Shown: positions 26,184 to 39,989 of the stretch, in pieces
Position numbering within the stretch: the first letter of the stretch is position 1
How the letters are laid out: the number at the start of each line of letters is the position of its first letter
From: Malacoraja senta
Taxonomy: Eukaryota
NCBI GenBank assembly: GCA_038087875.1
Contig: CM075993.1
Coordinates: 12,030,001-12,094,000 of the forward strand
Direction: 5' to 3'
DNA: 64,000 bases
Position numbers and translations under genes: made by a program
Notes under the pieces: generated by a model
Database searches by the model: none
The model's input: only the letters and a program-made list of their open reading frames with translations
What the model was told of the DNA's origin: nothing

Positions 26184-27016
26184 ACTAACATTGCACAATT
26201 TTGTGCGCTGAAAACAATAGCTCAAACCACCACAGAACTGCCTAACAGCTGTGGGGAGTCAAACAATGATATATAACGGCAACATCTTGCACAATCATTT
26301 ATCGTCTGCTTTTCAAAGCTTATCGCAAAGTTGCAACCAACTCAGTGACACAACATAAATCAATCATCTGGTTAAGAACAAGGTTCAGAATTAACAATTA
26401 ACAATTTTGGAAAATAGCCAAGAAAGAGAACTTTTGATTGTTAAATACCACAACAATGGATTTCTGAATTATCTACCAAGCTATACATTTTCCTCCAAAG
26501 AACAGAAGAAGTTAGTTGTAGCAATTAAACTGTAAATTCAACTTTAGGTAGTTATGATTCTTAAGATATGGTACCAAGTTCCAACACCAGTAGTACAGCT
26601 GTAATACATGTTATACATGGGCATCGACCAAAAACCTATCTGGAGCAGCCACATTTCACAATAAGCAACTTGTTTCCTCAACCCAAAGCCTTTCCACCAT
26701 CTACTAAACACAAGTCTGGAGCACAACAACTACCATAGAATATGTACTATCTACATGTATTATCTACAAAATGTACTACAGTTACTAACCCAATCTACTT
26801 CAGAAACCAAGATACAAGGAACAGCATGCTGGAATCTTGAGTAAACAACTAAGTGCTAGCGTAACTCAGCAGGTCAGGCAGCATCTATGGAGGGATTGGA
26901 CAGACGACATACTAACTCACCCACCAAGTTACTCCAGCACTTTATGTGTCAGAGCGTTAAGGAAGAGTCCCAACCCGAAATGTCATCTGTCCATCCCCTT
27001 CACAGATGCTACCTGA

Positions 27017-28490
27017 CATAGAAACATAGAAACATAGAAAATAGGTGCAGGAGGAGGCCATTCGGCCCTTCGAGCCATTCATTGTGATCATGGCTGATCG
27101 TCCCCTGTCAATAACCCATGCCTGCCTTCTCCCCATATCCCTTGACTCCACTAGCCCCTAGAGCTTTATCTAACTCTCTCTTAAATCCATCCAGTGACTT
27201 GGCCTCCACTGCCCTCTGTGGCAGGGAATTCCATAAATTCACAACTCTCTGGGTGAAAATGTTTTTTCTCACCTCAGTCTTAAATGGCCTCCCCTTTATT
27301 CTAAGACTGTGGCCCCTGGTTCTGGACTCGCCCAACATTGGGAACATTTTTCCTGCATCTAGCTTGTCCAGTCCTTTTATAATTTTATATGTCTCTATAA
27401 GATCCCCCTCATCCTTCTAAACTCCAGTGAATACAAGCCTAGTCTTTTCAATCTTTCCTCATATGACAGTCCCGCTATCCCAGGGATCAATCTCGTGAAC
27501 CTACGCTGCACTGCCTCAATCACAAGGATGTCCTTCCTCAAATTAGGAGACCAAAACATAGAAACATAGAAACATAGAAAATAGGTACAGGAGTAGGCCA
27601 TTCGGCCCTTCGAGCCTGCACCGCCATTCAATATGATCATGGCTGATCATCCAACTCAGTATCCTGTACCTGCCTTCTCTCCATACCCCCTGATCTCTTT
27701 AGCCACAAGGGCCACATCTAACTCCCTCTTAAATATAGCCAATGAACTGGCCTCAACTATCTTCTGTGGCAGAGAATTTCACAGATTCACCACTCTCTGT
27801 GTAAAAAATGATTTTCTCACCTCGGTCCTAAAAGACTTCCCCCTTATCCTTAAACTGTGACCCCTTGTTCTGGACTTCCCCAACATTGGGAACAATCTTC
27901 CTGCATCTAGCCTGTCCAACCCCTTAGGAATTGTGTACGTTTCTATAAGATCCCCCCTCAATCTTCTAAATTCTAGAGAGTACAAGCCGAGTCTACCCAG
28001 TCTTTCTTCATATGAAAGTCCTGCCATCCCAGGAATCAGTCTGGTGAACCTTCTCTGTACTCCCTCTATGGCAAGAATGTCTTTCCTCAGATTAGGAGAC
28101 CAAAACTGTACGCAATACTCCAGGTGTGGTCTCACCAAGACCCTGTACAACTGCAGTAGAACCTCCCTGCTCTTATACTCAAATCCTTTTGCTATGAATG
28201 CTAACATACCATTTGCTTTCTTCACTGCCTACTGCACCTGCATGCCTATATCAATGACTGGTGTACCATGACACCCAGGTCTCGTTGCAACTCCCCTTTT
28301 CCTAATCGGCCACCATTCAAATAATAGTCTACTTTCCTGTTTTTGCCACCAAAGTGGATAACCTCACATTTATCCACATTATACTGCACCTTGCAGCCTC
28401 CTAGCATCCTCCTCACAGCTAACACTGCCCCCCAGCTGCGTGTCATCCGCAAACTTGGAGATGTTGCATTCAATTCCCTCATCCAGATCA
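27017..28490 (-). mobile_element. Two stacked CR1 3' fragments (27017-27556, 27557-28490)
   Basis: Two (CATAGAAA)n tails, each followed by CR1 ORF2 C-terminal coding sequence. Confidence 0.9.
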
Positions 28491-29969
28491 TTAAGTTAAG
28501 TTACTCTAGCACTTTGTCAACGCGTTAAGTTACTCTAGCACATTGTGTTATAAAGGGCAGAAAATGCATGGAAATACAACCACGTAGATTTCCCAAGTTG
28601 CATGCTGACTAGATATGGAAATTTATCACTGGTTATTTGCTGGGTCTAAATCCACACCCCACCCCCACCTCCCCTCCCCTCCCCCCATTAGCCAGCGGGA
28701 AATAGAGGAACATATATGTAGAGGGATTACAGAAAGATGACAGCAACAGGGTTGTCTTAGTGGGCGGTTTTAACTTTCCCAATATGACTGGCCTTGCTCA
28801 GTGCCAAAGGCATAGATGGGGTAGAATTTGAGAGGTGCATCCAAGAGGGTTTCTTGAAACAGTATGTGGTAGTCCAACGCCAGAAGGGAACATTCTGGAC
28901 CTTTGTCTTTGGAAATGAGCCTGGCCAGGTGACCAGTGTTTCCGTGGAAGGGCATTTTAGAAATAGTGATCACAACTCCGTAGGTTGAAGAAGGGTCTCA
29001 GATGCTGCCCGACCCGCTGTTACTCCAGCTTTTTGTGTCTATCTTTGGTTTAAAGAAAATTCCAAAGATTGTTTTTCCTATATTAAAAACAAAACGATAA
29101 CCAGGGAGAAGGTAGAACCAATCAAGGTTAGAGGGAACGTGTGCATCCGGGGATGTAAGTGAGGTACTGAACAACTACATTGCATCTGTTTGCATTCTAT
29201 CATGGCTGATCTATCTTTCCCTCTCAACCCTATTCTCATGCTTTCTCCCTGTAACCTTTGACACCCTTATCAATCAAGAACTTACAATCAATCTCCGCTT
29301 TAAAAATCCTCAATGAGTTGTGGTCGAAGGACAATATTCAGGCTGGAGGTCTGTGACCAGTGGAGTTCTGCAGGGATCTGTGCTGTGACCACTGCTATTT
29401 GTGATACATATAAATAACTTAAATGTAAGATGTAGTTCGTTTGCAGGCGACAGCAAGATTTCTGGAGTCGCAGACTTTGAGGAAGGCGGGATGTAGGTCA
29501 GCAGCAGAAATGGGCAGAGAATGAGCAGATGGAGTTTAATCCGAGGCGGTGTGAGGTGTTGCACTTTGGGACATTAAATGTAAGGGGAAGATATACAATT
29601 AATGGCATGACCCTGAACAGCATTGATGCACAGAGGGATCTTGGGGTCCTTGAAAGTGGCAACATGAGTAGTTAGTGGTATAAGCGGCATATCATATACT
29701 AGCTTTCATAGGTGAGGGCATTGAGTATAAGAGTCAGGAAGTCATGATGCAGCTTTATTAGACTTTTGTTAGGCAGCATTTAGAGTAATTTATTTATGCA
29801 ATTCTGGTCGCCCCATTACAGATGGAATGTGGAAGCTTTGGAAAGGGTGCAGAGCAGATTTACCAGAATAATGCCTGGATAAGGGAGTATTAGCGAAAGG
29901 GAGAGGTTGATCACACTCAAAAAGTTTTCTCTGGAATGCAGGAGGTTGCAGGAAGAGCTGATAAAAGAC

Positions 29970-31646
29970 ATCACTCCCTGATGAGCTCAATGCGTTTTAC
30001 GCATGCTTTGATAGGGAGAACACCGATGTGCCTTCCAGAGCTCCCATTCGCCGTGATGGTATTTCAGTCTCAGTCACAGAGGCCGACGTCAGGAAATCCT
30101 TCAGAGGGGTGAACCCTCGAAAAGCCTGGACCTGATGGTATACCCGGTCGTGTTCTAAAAACCTGTGCGGACCAACTGGCTGGAGTTTTTACGGACATTT
30201 TCAACCTCTCACTTCTGAGGTCTGAGGTTCCCACCTGCTTCAAAAGGGCATCAATCATACCAGTGCCCAAGAAGAGCAAGGTGACGTGCCTCAATGACTA
30301 TCGACCTGTGGCACTAACGCCTGTGGTGATGAAGTGCTTTGAGAGGTTGATCATGGCGTAAATCAACTCCTATCTCGACAAAAACCTGGACCCACTGCAG
30401 TTCGCTTACCGCCACAACAGATCAACGGTGGATGCGATCTCGCTGGCCCTCCACTCCGCTCTGGACCACTTGGACAACAAAAACTCATATGTCAGGCTGT
30501 TATTCATCGATTACAGCTCGGCATTTAATACAATCATCCCCTCCAAACTGGTTACCAAACTCACAGAACTGGGTCTCTCCGCATCCCTCTGCAATTGGAT
30601 CCTCGACTTCCTCATTCTCAGACCACAGTCTGTTCGTATTGGTGGAAATGTGTCAGACTCGATAACAATCAGCACGGGAGCACCTCAAGGCTGCGTGCTC
30701 AGCCCCCTGCTGTACTCACTCTATACTCATGACTGCGTAGCCGGTCATAGTGCGAACTCCATCATCAAGTTCACTGACGACACCACTGTTGTGGGACGTA
30801 TCACTGATGGGGATGAGTCAGAGTACAGAAGAGAGATCGAGCAACTGTCCATATGGTGCCAGCACAATAACCTGGCCCTCAACACCAGCAAAACCAAGGA
30901 ACTGATTGTGGACTTTGGAAGGAGTAGGATGGGGACCCACAGTCCCGTTTATATCAATGGGTCGATGGTTGAAAGGGTCAAGAGCTTTAAATTCTTGGGC
31001 GTGCACATCTCTGAAGATCTTTCCTGGTCCGAGAACGCTGATGCTACTATTAAGAAAGCACATCAGAGCCTCTACTTCCTGAGAAGATTACAGAGAGTCG
31101 GTTTGTCAAGGAGGACTCTCTCTAACTTCTACAGGTGCACAGTAGAGAGCATGCTGACCGGTTGCATCGTGGCTTGGTTCAGCAACTTGAGCGCCCTGGA
31201 GAGGAAAAGACTACAAAGAGTAGTAAACACTGCCCAGTCCATCATCGATCCTGACCTCCCTTCCGTCGAGAGGATCTATCGCAGTCGCTGCCTCAAAAAG
31301 GCTGGCAGTATCATCAAGGACCCACACCATCCTGGCCACACACTCATCTCCCTGCTACCTTCAGGTGGAAGGTACAGGAGCCTGAAGACTGCAACAACCA
31401 GGTTCAGGAATAGCTACTTCCCCACAGCTTGGCTCGGACAAAACTATGAACATTAATAGCCCATTATTTGTTATTTGCACTTTATCAGTATATTTATTCA
31501 TGTGTGTATATATTTATATAATGATATATGGACACACTGATCTGTTTTGTAGTCAATGCCTACTATGTTCTGTTGTGCTGAAGCAAAGCAAGAATTTCAT
31601 TGTCCTATCAAGGACACATGACAATAAACTCACTTGAACTTGAACT
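29970..31646 (+). mobile_element. Rex1/Babar-clade LINE 3' fragment
   Basis: ORF 30428..31456, nearly identical to the 18135 copy; GACAATAAACTCACTTGAACTTGAAC tail. Confidence 0.93.
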
Positions 31647-32249
31647 AAAAGTTGAGTCCATAATTAAGTCTGAGGTTACGCAGTACTTGAAATTATATGA
31701 TAAAATAGGTTGAAGTCAGCATGGTTTTGTGAAGGGAGATCTTGCCTGATAAATCTGTTGGAACTCTTTGAGGAAGTAACAAGCAGGATAGACAAAGGAG
31801 AGTCAGTGTATATTTACTTGGATTTTCAGAAAGCCTTTGATCAGATGCAGCTGCTAAACAAGATAGGCCACCATGGTATTAGAAGCAAGGTACTAGTATG
31901 GATAGAAGATTGGCTGACTGGCAGAAGGCAAAGAGTAGGAATATTCCTTCTGCCAGTCAGCTGCTGATGACTAGTGATGTTCCACAGGAGTCGGAGTAGA
32001 GTCTGTTACTTTTCACTTTATATGTCTGGTAGAAAGAATAAAGGAGTAGAATATTTTCTAAATGGGAAGATGATTCTGAAATTGGAGGTGCAAAGAGACA
32101 GGGGAGTGCTGGTGTAGGGTTCCCAAATGGGTAATTCGGTAGTAAGGAAAGCAAACGATGTTAGGAGTATGTGTAGGAAGGAACTGCAGATAGACACAAA
32201 ATGCTGGAGTAACTCAGCAGGACAGGCGGCATCTCTGGAGAGAAGGAAT

Positions 32250-32285
32250 GGGTGACGTTTCGGGTTGAGACCCTTCTTCAGACTG
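32250..32285 (-). ncRNA. Minimal hammerhead motif in the sense orientation of the VPS13C pre-mRNA (intron 3)
   Basis: Minus strand GTCTGAAGAAGGGTCTCAACCCGAAACGTCACCC; core intact. Confidence 0.7.
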
Positions 32286-32383
32286 GGTCTGAAGACTAAA
32301 CAGTATTTGGAATTTTATCATGTTCTGTTCATTACTACTTAGAGGCTTAGCTAAAAATCACTTATTAATTCCACCAAATTGCA

Positions 32384-35316
32384 TAGGTATGTTACAAAAC
32401 TTACCTTCAGCGGCGCTGCAGTTCTGTCACTGGCCATCTGCTCGACTTTGGCGCCTTAGAGGGGGGGGGCGGGGTTAAAAGGCCGTTTTCTCCTGCCTGC
32501 CCAAGATATATTTTCTCGGGCTGCTAGCTAATGCTGAATAATCGTTCCGACTGCCGTTCTGTGAATTTTATTTTTAAACCGCGGGACAATTTCAGCGGTG
32601 GAGTAAAATAAAAATTCACTTCTAACGCCGTCAACGGGACGGATCTCCCGTACGGGACAAACATAAGGTAAGTCGTCTATTTTAAATATAAACTTGCTTC
32701 TTAGGATTACTTTAATCAAAATTTCATCAGCGAAAATGTGATTATGTAAATATACGAACCGGCAGTGTTTTTCCTGCCGATATGGGGTTTAAATTCACCG
32801 CAACCGCAACGTTCCAATCGATCGCGTTCCACAAAATCTCACTCGCAAGATGATTAAAATGGCCATTAATTTACGGGAATTAAACACTAAATTCCTTCCA
32901 TTTGGCCTATAAATTCATGACAATGAGATTTAAAAATCATGTTATATTGTGAATTCTTGTGTGAATGTTATTTGGACAGGCTATTTAAAAATGTTAACCT
33001 TTTCTTAAGAAATGGATAGATGTTTAGATCTAGTAATTGAATTTTGTAATTAGCTACAATTAGGTAACTAACTAATTATATGCTTTAATTTTAGGTCATC
33101 CAAGTAAGATTGTTCCATATTTGTTTCGGAATGCTTCAATTTTTCTCAAAATTTCATTCAGTTCTCTTAATTTTTAAGAAAGATATGAGCTTTTGACTCT
33201 CCTAGAAACATAGAAACATAGAAAATAGGTGCAGGAGGCCATTCGGCCCTTCGAGCCAGCACCGCCATTCATTGTGATCATGGCTGATCGTCCCCTATCA
33301 ATAACCCGTGCCTGCCTTCTCCCCATATCCCTTGACTCCACTAGCCCCTAGAGATCTATCTAACTCTCTCTTAAATCCATCCAGTGATTTGGCCTCCACT
33401 GCCCTCTGTGGCAGGGAATTCCATAAATTCACAACTCTCTGGGTGAAAAAGTTTTTTCTCACCTCAGTCTTAAATGACCTCCCCTTTATTCTAAGACTGT
33501 GGCCCCTGGTTCTGGACTCGCCCAACATTGGGAACATTTTTCCTGCATCTAGCTTGTCCAGTCCTTTTATAATTTTATGTTTCTATAAGATCCCCCTCAT
33601 CCTTCTAAACTCCAGTGAATACAAGCCTAGCCTTTTCAATCTTTCCTCATATGACAGTCCCGCCATCCCAGGGATCAATCTCGTGAACCTACGCTGCACT
33701 GCCTCAATCACAAGGATGTCCTTCCTCAAATTAGGAGACCAAAACTGTACACAATACTCCAGATGTGGTCTCACCAGAGCCCTATACAACTGCAGAAGAA
33801 CCTCTTTACTCCTATACTGAAATCCTCTTGTTATGAAGGCCAACATTCCATTAGCTTTCTTCACTGCCTGCTGTACCTGCACATCAACTTTCAGTGACTG
33901 GTGTACAAGGACACCCAGGTCTCGCTGTACCTCCCCCTTACCTAACCTAACCCCATTGAGATAATAATCTGCCCCCTTGTTTTTGCCGCCAAAGTGGATA
34001 ACCTCACATTTATCTATATTATACTGCATCTGCCACGCATCTGCCCACTCACTCAACCTGTCTAGGTCACCCTGCAACCTCCTAACATCGTCGTCACAGT
34101 TCACACTGCCACCCAGCTTTGTGTCATCCGCAAACATGCAAATGTTGCTCCTAATTCCCTCTTCCAAATCATTAATATATATGGTAAACAGTTGCAGCCT
34201 CAACACCGAGCCTTGCGGCACTCCACTCGCCACTGCCTGCCAATCTGAAAAGGACCCATTCACTCCTACTCTTTGCTTCCGGTCTGCCAACCAATTTTCT
34301 ATCCAAGTCAACACCCTACCCCCTATACCATGTGCTCTAATTTTAGTCACCAGTCTCCCGTGCGGGACCTTATAAAAGGCTTTCTGAAAGTCTAGATACA
34401 CTACATCCACTGGCTCCCCTTCATCCATTTTACGTGTCACATCCTCAAAAAATTCCAGAAGATTAGTCAAGCATGATTTCCCTTTCATAAATCCATGTTG
34501 ACTTGGACTAATCCTTTTACCGCTATCCAAATGCCCCATTATTACCTCTTTAATAATTGACTCCAGCATCTTTCCCTCCACCGAAGTCAGGCTAACTGGT
34601 CTGTAATTCCCCGTTTTCTCTCTCGCTCCTTTCTTGAAAAGTGGGATAACATTAGCTATCCTCCAATCCACAGGAACTGATCCTGAATCTATTGAACATT
34701 GGAAAATGATCACCAATGCATCCACTATTTCTAGAGCCACCTCCCTGAGGACCCTGGGATGCAGACCATCAGGCCCAGGGGATTTATCATCCTTCAGTCC
34801 CATTAGCCTACCCAATACTATTTCTCACCTAATGAAAATTTCTTTCAGTTCCTCTACCCCCTTAGATCCTCTGTCCTCCAGTACATCTGGGAGATTGTTT
34901 GTGTCTTCCTTAGTGAAGACAGATCCGAAGTACCTATTCAACTCTTCTGCCATTTCCTTGTTGCCCATAATAATTTCACCCGTGTCTGCCTTCAAGGGAC
35001 CCACATTTGACTTTGCTACTCTTTTTCCCTTAACATATCTAAAGAAGCTTTTACTGTCCTTCTTTATATTCCTGGCCAGCTTCCCCTCGTACTTCATCTT
35101 TTCAGCCCGTCCTCGATCACAGCTTTTGAGTTAAGTCAATGGAAAAGCAATAGGGAACAAGATGCTAATTTCAGAGTATGAATATGGCCATAATTTTTTT
35201 AATACTTAAGATATGAAAGTGAATTAGGTGTCAAATTAAACTTCTTTTTATGCTTTATCTGATGGGATAAATTGCAGACTTGATTTTTAAAATCTCAAAA
35301 TTTTGTAACATTGCTA
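32384..35316 (+). mobile_element. Non-autonomous ~1-kb TIR DNA transposon copy 1, split by a CR1 insertion (33204-35108)
   Basis: Ends TAGGTATGTTACAAAACT / AATTTTGTAACATTGCTA; flanks AATTGCA / CATTGCA (7-bp TSD, 1 mismatch); homologous to copies 2 and 3. Confidence 0.88.
33204..35108 (-). mobile_element. Young CR1-clade LINE, 5'-truncated, ORF2 nearly intact
   Basis: ORFs 34825..35097, 33583..34815 and 33298..33537; (TTTCTATG)n tail. Confidence 0.95.
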
Positions 35317-36317
35317 CATTGCATGCAACGGAACTAAAATAGCCTGAACACATGGCTTAAATAAGAACTCTAAAACCAAAAGAATGCAGATACCAGAAAT
35401 CAGAAAAACAAGTGCAGGATATATTCATCAATTCAGGCAGCAACAATAAAGAGAGAACCCCAACCGATGCTACAGGTCAATAATCTTTCAACAATTCCAG
35501 AAGATATTGATGTTCCCATGATATTGCAACTAGAGTTCCCTTTAAACACACAACAGAAGCAGAGAGGATGATAAATTGCTGTTACGATATCCGCCTGAAC
35601 AGCTGAATGCATTTGACAATGCAGAAATTGTAGATTGGGGAGCTAATCAAGTTATCTGGTTCAATGTTGCCGTTGATCCAGGGAAGCGGAAAGTACTCCA
35701 GTATCACATTGTCAAGTTTACAAGGGAATGAAGATTTGAAGACTGGGAAAAGAAACTTTGTAACTACAAAATATTTTCCTACACTTATTTTGTGCCTGCT
35801 GTAAAACTGGTAAAAGGGAATGAAAGAGGAACAACAGAATACATACACACTGGTTAAGAGTCTCCGTATAATTTAATGACCAAGGCTAGATGATATCATA
35901 GTCATGTGGGTGTTGCATGAAAATACTGGATACAAAACTGCCTCAAGGGCAAAGATCAGAATAGGAACAAGGAACAGGCCCTTCAGCCGACAATGTTTGT
36001 GTCGACCACGCCAATCTAACAAATCCCATTTGCCTACACATGGTCCATATCCCTCCATTTCCTGCCTGTTAGAGGCGTCTCTCTAAACGCCTCTTAAACA
36101 TTACTTTCAAATATACTTGCACCACTTCCCCAGACATTGCACGCCAGTCATCTACCACTCTGAGCAACAACCAAAAATGCCTTGTAAATCTCCTTTAAAC
36201 TTTCCCTCTCTCACCTTAAAGCTTATGTCTATTTCCAATCTAGGTAAAAGACTGACTATCTACCTTATCTATGTCTCTCATAATTTTATATACTTCTATC
36301 CCCTCAGCCTCCAATGT

Positions 36318-36609
36318 GGCACGGTCTCGCAGCGGCAGCGTTGCTGTCTTACAGCGAATGCAGCGCCGGAGACCCGGGTTTGATCCTGACTACGGGTGCT
36401 GTCTGTACGGAGTTTGTACGTTCTCCCCGTGACCTGCGTGGGTTTTCTCCCACACTCTAAAGACGTACAGGTATGTAGCTAAATTGGCTTAGTAAATGTA
36501 AAAATTGTCCCTAGTGTGTGTAAGATAGCATTTATATGCGGGGATCACTGGTCGGTGCGGATCCGGTGGGCCGAAGGACCTGTTTCCACACTGTATTGCT
36601 AAACTAAAC
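36318..36609 (+). mobile_element. tRNA-derived V-SINE (HE1-like)
   Basis: tRNA-like head with GGTTTGATCC B-box, V-domain GAGTTTGTACGTTCTCCCCGTG, CR1-like tail GGGCCGAAGG.CCTGTTTCC..(CTAAA)n. Confidence 0.85.
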
Positions 36610-38267
36610 ACAAGTTTGTCCATGTGGGAGGGAATTTTGTGCTACATCCGTACCCTTCATTTGCCTTTACTTAGATAGGCACAGACACAAAATAAAACAA
36701 CTCATAAATCAGTGGTGAGTTCATCTAATGTCGGTTTATTAAAGGTCTTAACAGTGTGCACTGGTAAACAATCTGAGAGAACCCAAATTGTTTGAAAGAT
36801 TCAAAGTACCTACAGCATTATATGCTCATGACACAACGGTTACTTGTGGATCTGAAATAAGTCATCATTGATCAATGTCTCTGGAATCTTTCATATTTGT
36901 CTTTCTCCACAGTTATCTGATGTTTCCTGTTTGCAATTGGTCCATGTTCTGGCGTATCCTTAGTCAATCTTCCTGCATATCCCTCCAAACCTTGCATATC
37001 CATGTGCCTATCTAAAAATCTCTTTGTGCCAATCTCATATCTGCTTCCATAACGGCCCTAGAAATGCACTGCAGGCATCCACCACTCTCTGCTGTGCATA
37101 TCTCCTTTAACCTTTCCCCCTCGGGCCTTAAACCTGCCATCTACTCCTTGACATTTACACCCTTGGAAAAAGGTTTGACTACTTACCCTATCTGTGCCTC
37201 TCACAATGTACATCAGGTCTCCCCTCAACCTCCAATGCTCCAGGGAAAATAATCCAAGTCAGTCCAACCTCTCCTTATATTCTCTAATCCATGGAGCACA
37301 CTGGTAAATATCTTCTGGACCCTCTCCAAAGTCTCCACATTCTTCCTGTAACGGGGCAACCAGAACTGCCACAATACTCCAATTGCGCCTGAAACAAAGT
37401 CCTATAAGCAACATGACATCCTGACTCTTACACTTCCTTATTGATTTCATTGTATCAATATTATATCATTGATGCCTCGATCAATGAAGGCAACCACAAC
37501 GTACGCCACCGTTACCACTCTATCTACTTGTGTTGCCACTTTCAGGGAGTTAAGGAGTTGGACCCCAAAACCCCTTGCATATCAATGCTGTTAAGGGCCC
37601 TGCATTAACTGTGTACATCCACTTACACTCGATCTCCCAAAATATAACACCTCACAGTTGCTGCAATACCTCACATTTTCTCATCAAAAATCCCTTCATG
37701 GTCATAGCCATACAGCATGGAAACAGGCCCTTCAGCCCAACTTGCTATGCCAACCAAGATGCCCCAGCTACACTAGACAAACCTGTTTGCATTTGGCCCA
37801 TATCCTTCTAAATCTCTCCTACCCATGTACCTGTCCAAATGTCTTTTAAAGTGTGGAATCCATTCTCCTTATAGCAGTCTGAGCATTATTGGGCAAGTCG
37901 TGCACCCCATTGCCAAGGATTCTTTTTGAGCAGTTGCCCCAAATGTCCAAACACATTTTGGACAATTAAGTAACAACATCGCAAATTAATACTTTAATAA
38001 TCTCACACAGGGTGATATTGGAGACATTAGGATGCATGGTTCCACTCCAACATTGTACGAGTCCGAGTCATACAGCTTACCTATCAGTGCCTGACATCAA
38101 TCCATTATCTGTACTAATCGCATTTTTTAGTACTTCTTTCCTATGCCAGGGCATTTCATGTGATCATCCAACTACTTAAATATGGTGAGTTTCTGCCTTC
38201 AACACCCCGTGGCCACTACATTTCAAATTTCAACCACTCTGTGAGTGAAAACATCCTTTCTCAAATA

Positions 38268-39625
38268 TAGGTCCACCACTGATTTTCCTTTAATCTGCCT
38301 CCTATAATCCGGACAAAATCACGAGAGCACACTTGAAATCTCCCCGGAAGTCCCCTTGAAAATGCGGTGCCTAGGCCGGGTAAGGCGGCTAATCTCGACC
38401 TCATTGGACTTCTGCAGCCGATCAGCGGGTCGAATTCCCCCCCCCCCCCCCCCCCCCCGCGTCCGGAGTTCTGAAACTCCTGCCTGACTGGAGCTGGCAG
38501 ATCCATTCTCATAGCCGACTTCCGAAGCTGACTTTGCGGGCCTTGGCAGCCTAGGCGGACCATTCTGGTACCTTTGGGCTCCTGTCAGAGACTGTGACCT
38601 CTGTTGGTCCAGCAAAACAGATAATCCAGAAACGGATCTTTCAGCCAACTCTTTGGAAGAGCCCACTCTCTGGACTATGGTGTACAGTCTTTGGAAGAGT
38701 GGGCTGAAAGATGGCAGATGGAGTTTAATGCTGATAAGTGTGAGGTGCTACATGGCAGATGGAGTTTAATGCTGATAAGTGTGAGGTGCTACATCTTGGC
38801 AGGACAAATCAAAATAGGACGTACATGGTAAATGGTAGCGAATTGAGGAATGCAGTTGAACAGAGGGATCTAGGAATAACTGTGCATAGTTCCCTGAAGG
38901 TGGAATCTCATGTAGATAGGGTGGTAAAGAAAGCTTTTGGTGTGCTGGCCTTTATAAATCAGAGCATTGAGTATAGAAGTTGGGATGTAATGTTAAAATT
39001 GTACGAGGCATTGGTGAGGCCAATTCTGGAGTATGGTGTACAATTTTCGTCGCCAAATTATAGGAAAGATGTCAACAAAATAGAGAGAGTACAGAAGAGA
39101 TTTACTAGAATGTTGCCTGGGTTTCAGCACCTAAGTTACAGAGAAAGGTTGAACAAGATAGGTCTTTATTCTTTGGAGCGCAGAAGGTTAAGGGGGACTT
39201 GATAGAGGTCTTTAAAATTATGAGAGGGATAGACAGAGTTGACGTGGATAAGCTTTTTCCATTGAGAGTAAGGAAGATTCAAACAAGAGGACATGATTTG
39301 AGAATTAAGGGACAAAAGTTTAGGGGTAACATGAGGGAGAACTTCTTTACTCAGAGAGTGGTAGCTGTGTGGAATGAGCTTCCAGTTGAAGTGGTGGAGG
39401 CAGGTTCGATTTTATCATTTAAAAATAAATTGGATAGGTATATGGACGGGAAAGGAATGGAGGGTTATGGTCTGAGTGCAGGTAGATGGGACTAGGTGAG
39501 AGTAAGTGTTCGGCACAGACTAGAATGGGCGAGATGGCCTGTTTCCGTGCTGTAATTGTTATATGGTTATATGGTTATATGGATAATCTAGAACCAAGGA
39601 TGCCGGAAAATCGGTGGTGGAGCAG
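38268..39625. mobile_element. TA-flanked Tc1/pogo-like MITE interrupted by a CR1 fragment
   Basis: TA|TAGGTCCACCACTGATTTTCC ... GGAAAATCGGTGGTGGAGCAG|TA imperfect TIRs. Confidence 0.6.
38690..39582 (+). mobile_element. CR1 subfamily with (TTATATGG)n tail
   Basis: ORFs 38759..39202 and 39199..39495; the same subfamily occurs antisense at ~9008-9422. Confidence 0.9.
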
Positions 39626-39989
39626 TACCTTTACAATCTCATACCCCTTATATTAAATCGCTTCATATGGGGAAAAACTTCTCAACATCTACTTATCCAT
39701 GCCCCTCAATTTACTGTCCTGTCCCATCTTATATTTGTCCTTTACCAAACCAATGATAATCTCTGACATAAAAGCCTGACTAGAGGTGTTTTCACATAAT
39801 GTTCTATTTTCCTCCTTTCATTAAAGCTAAATGCAGAATTCCTAACTCCTCACACCACTCACCCAATTTGTTGGACTTGCAAAACACTGTCCAAGAATTT
39901 TCTGAGTGCACTCTAAGAATTGTGCTTTCATGCCGACTATATTCCAGTTGGTAGTTAAGGTAACTGAAATGTCTCCTCATTTCTCCCCC

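Noticed and set aside
11950..34815. RT ORFs of 270-410 aa as host or domesticated genes
   Set aside because: 5'-truncated multi-copy LINE fragments with repeat tails; no splice or promoter context
36318..36400. tRNA gene
   Set aside because: tRNA-like head of a SINE followed by V-domain and LINE tail; not a standalone tRNA
38710..38795. 41-bp tandem duplication at the CR1 5' end (similar micro-duplications near 12930-12970 and 17340-17420)
   Set aside because: Ordinary RT template-jump or slippage scars
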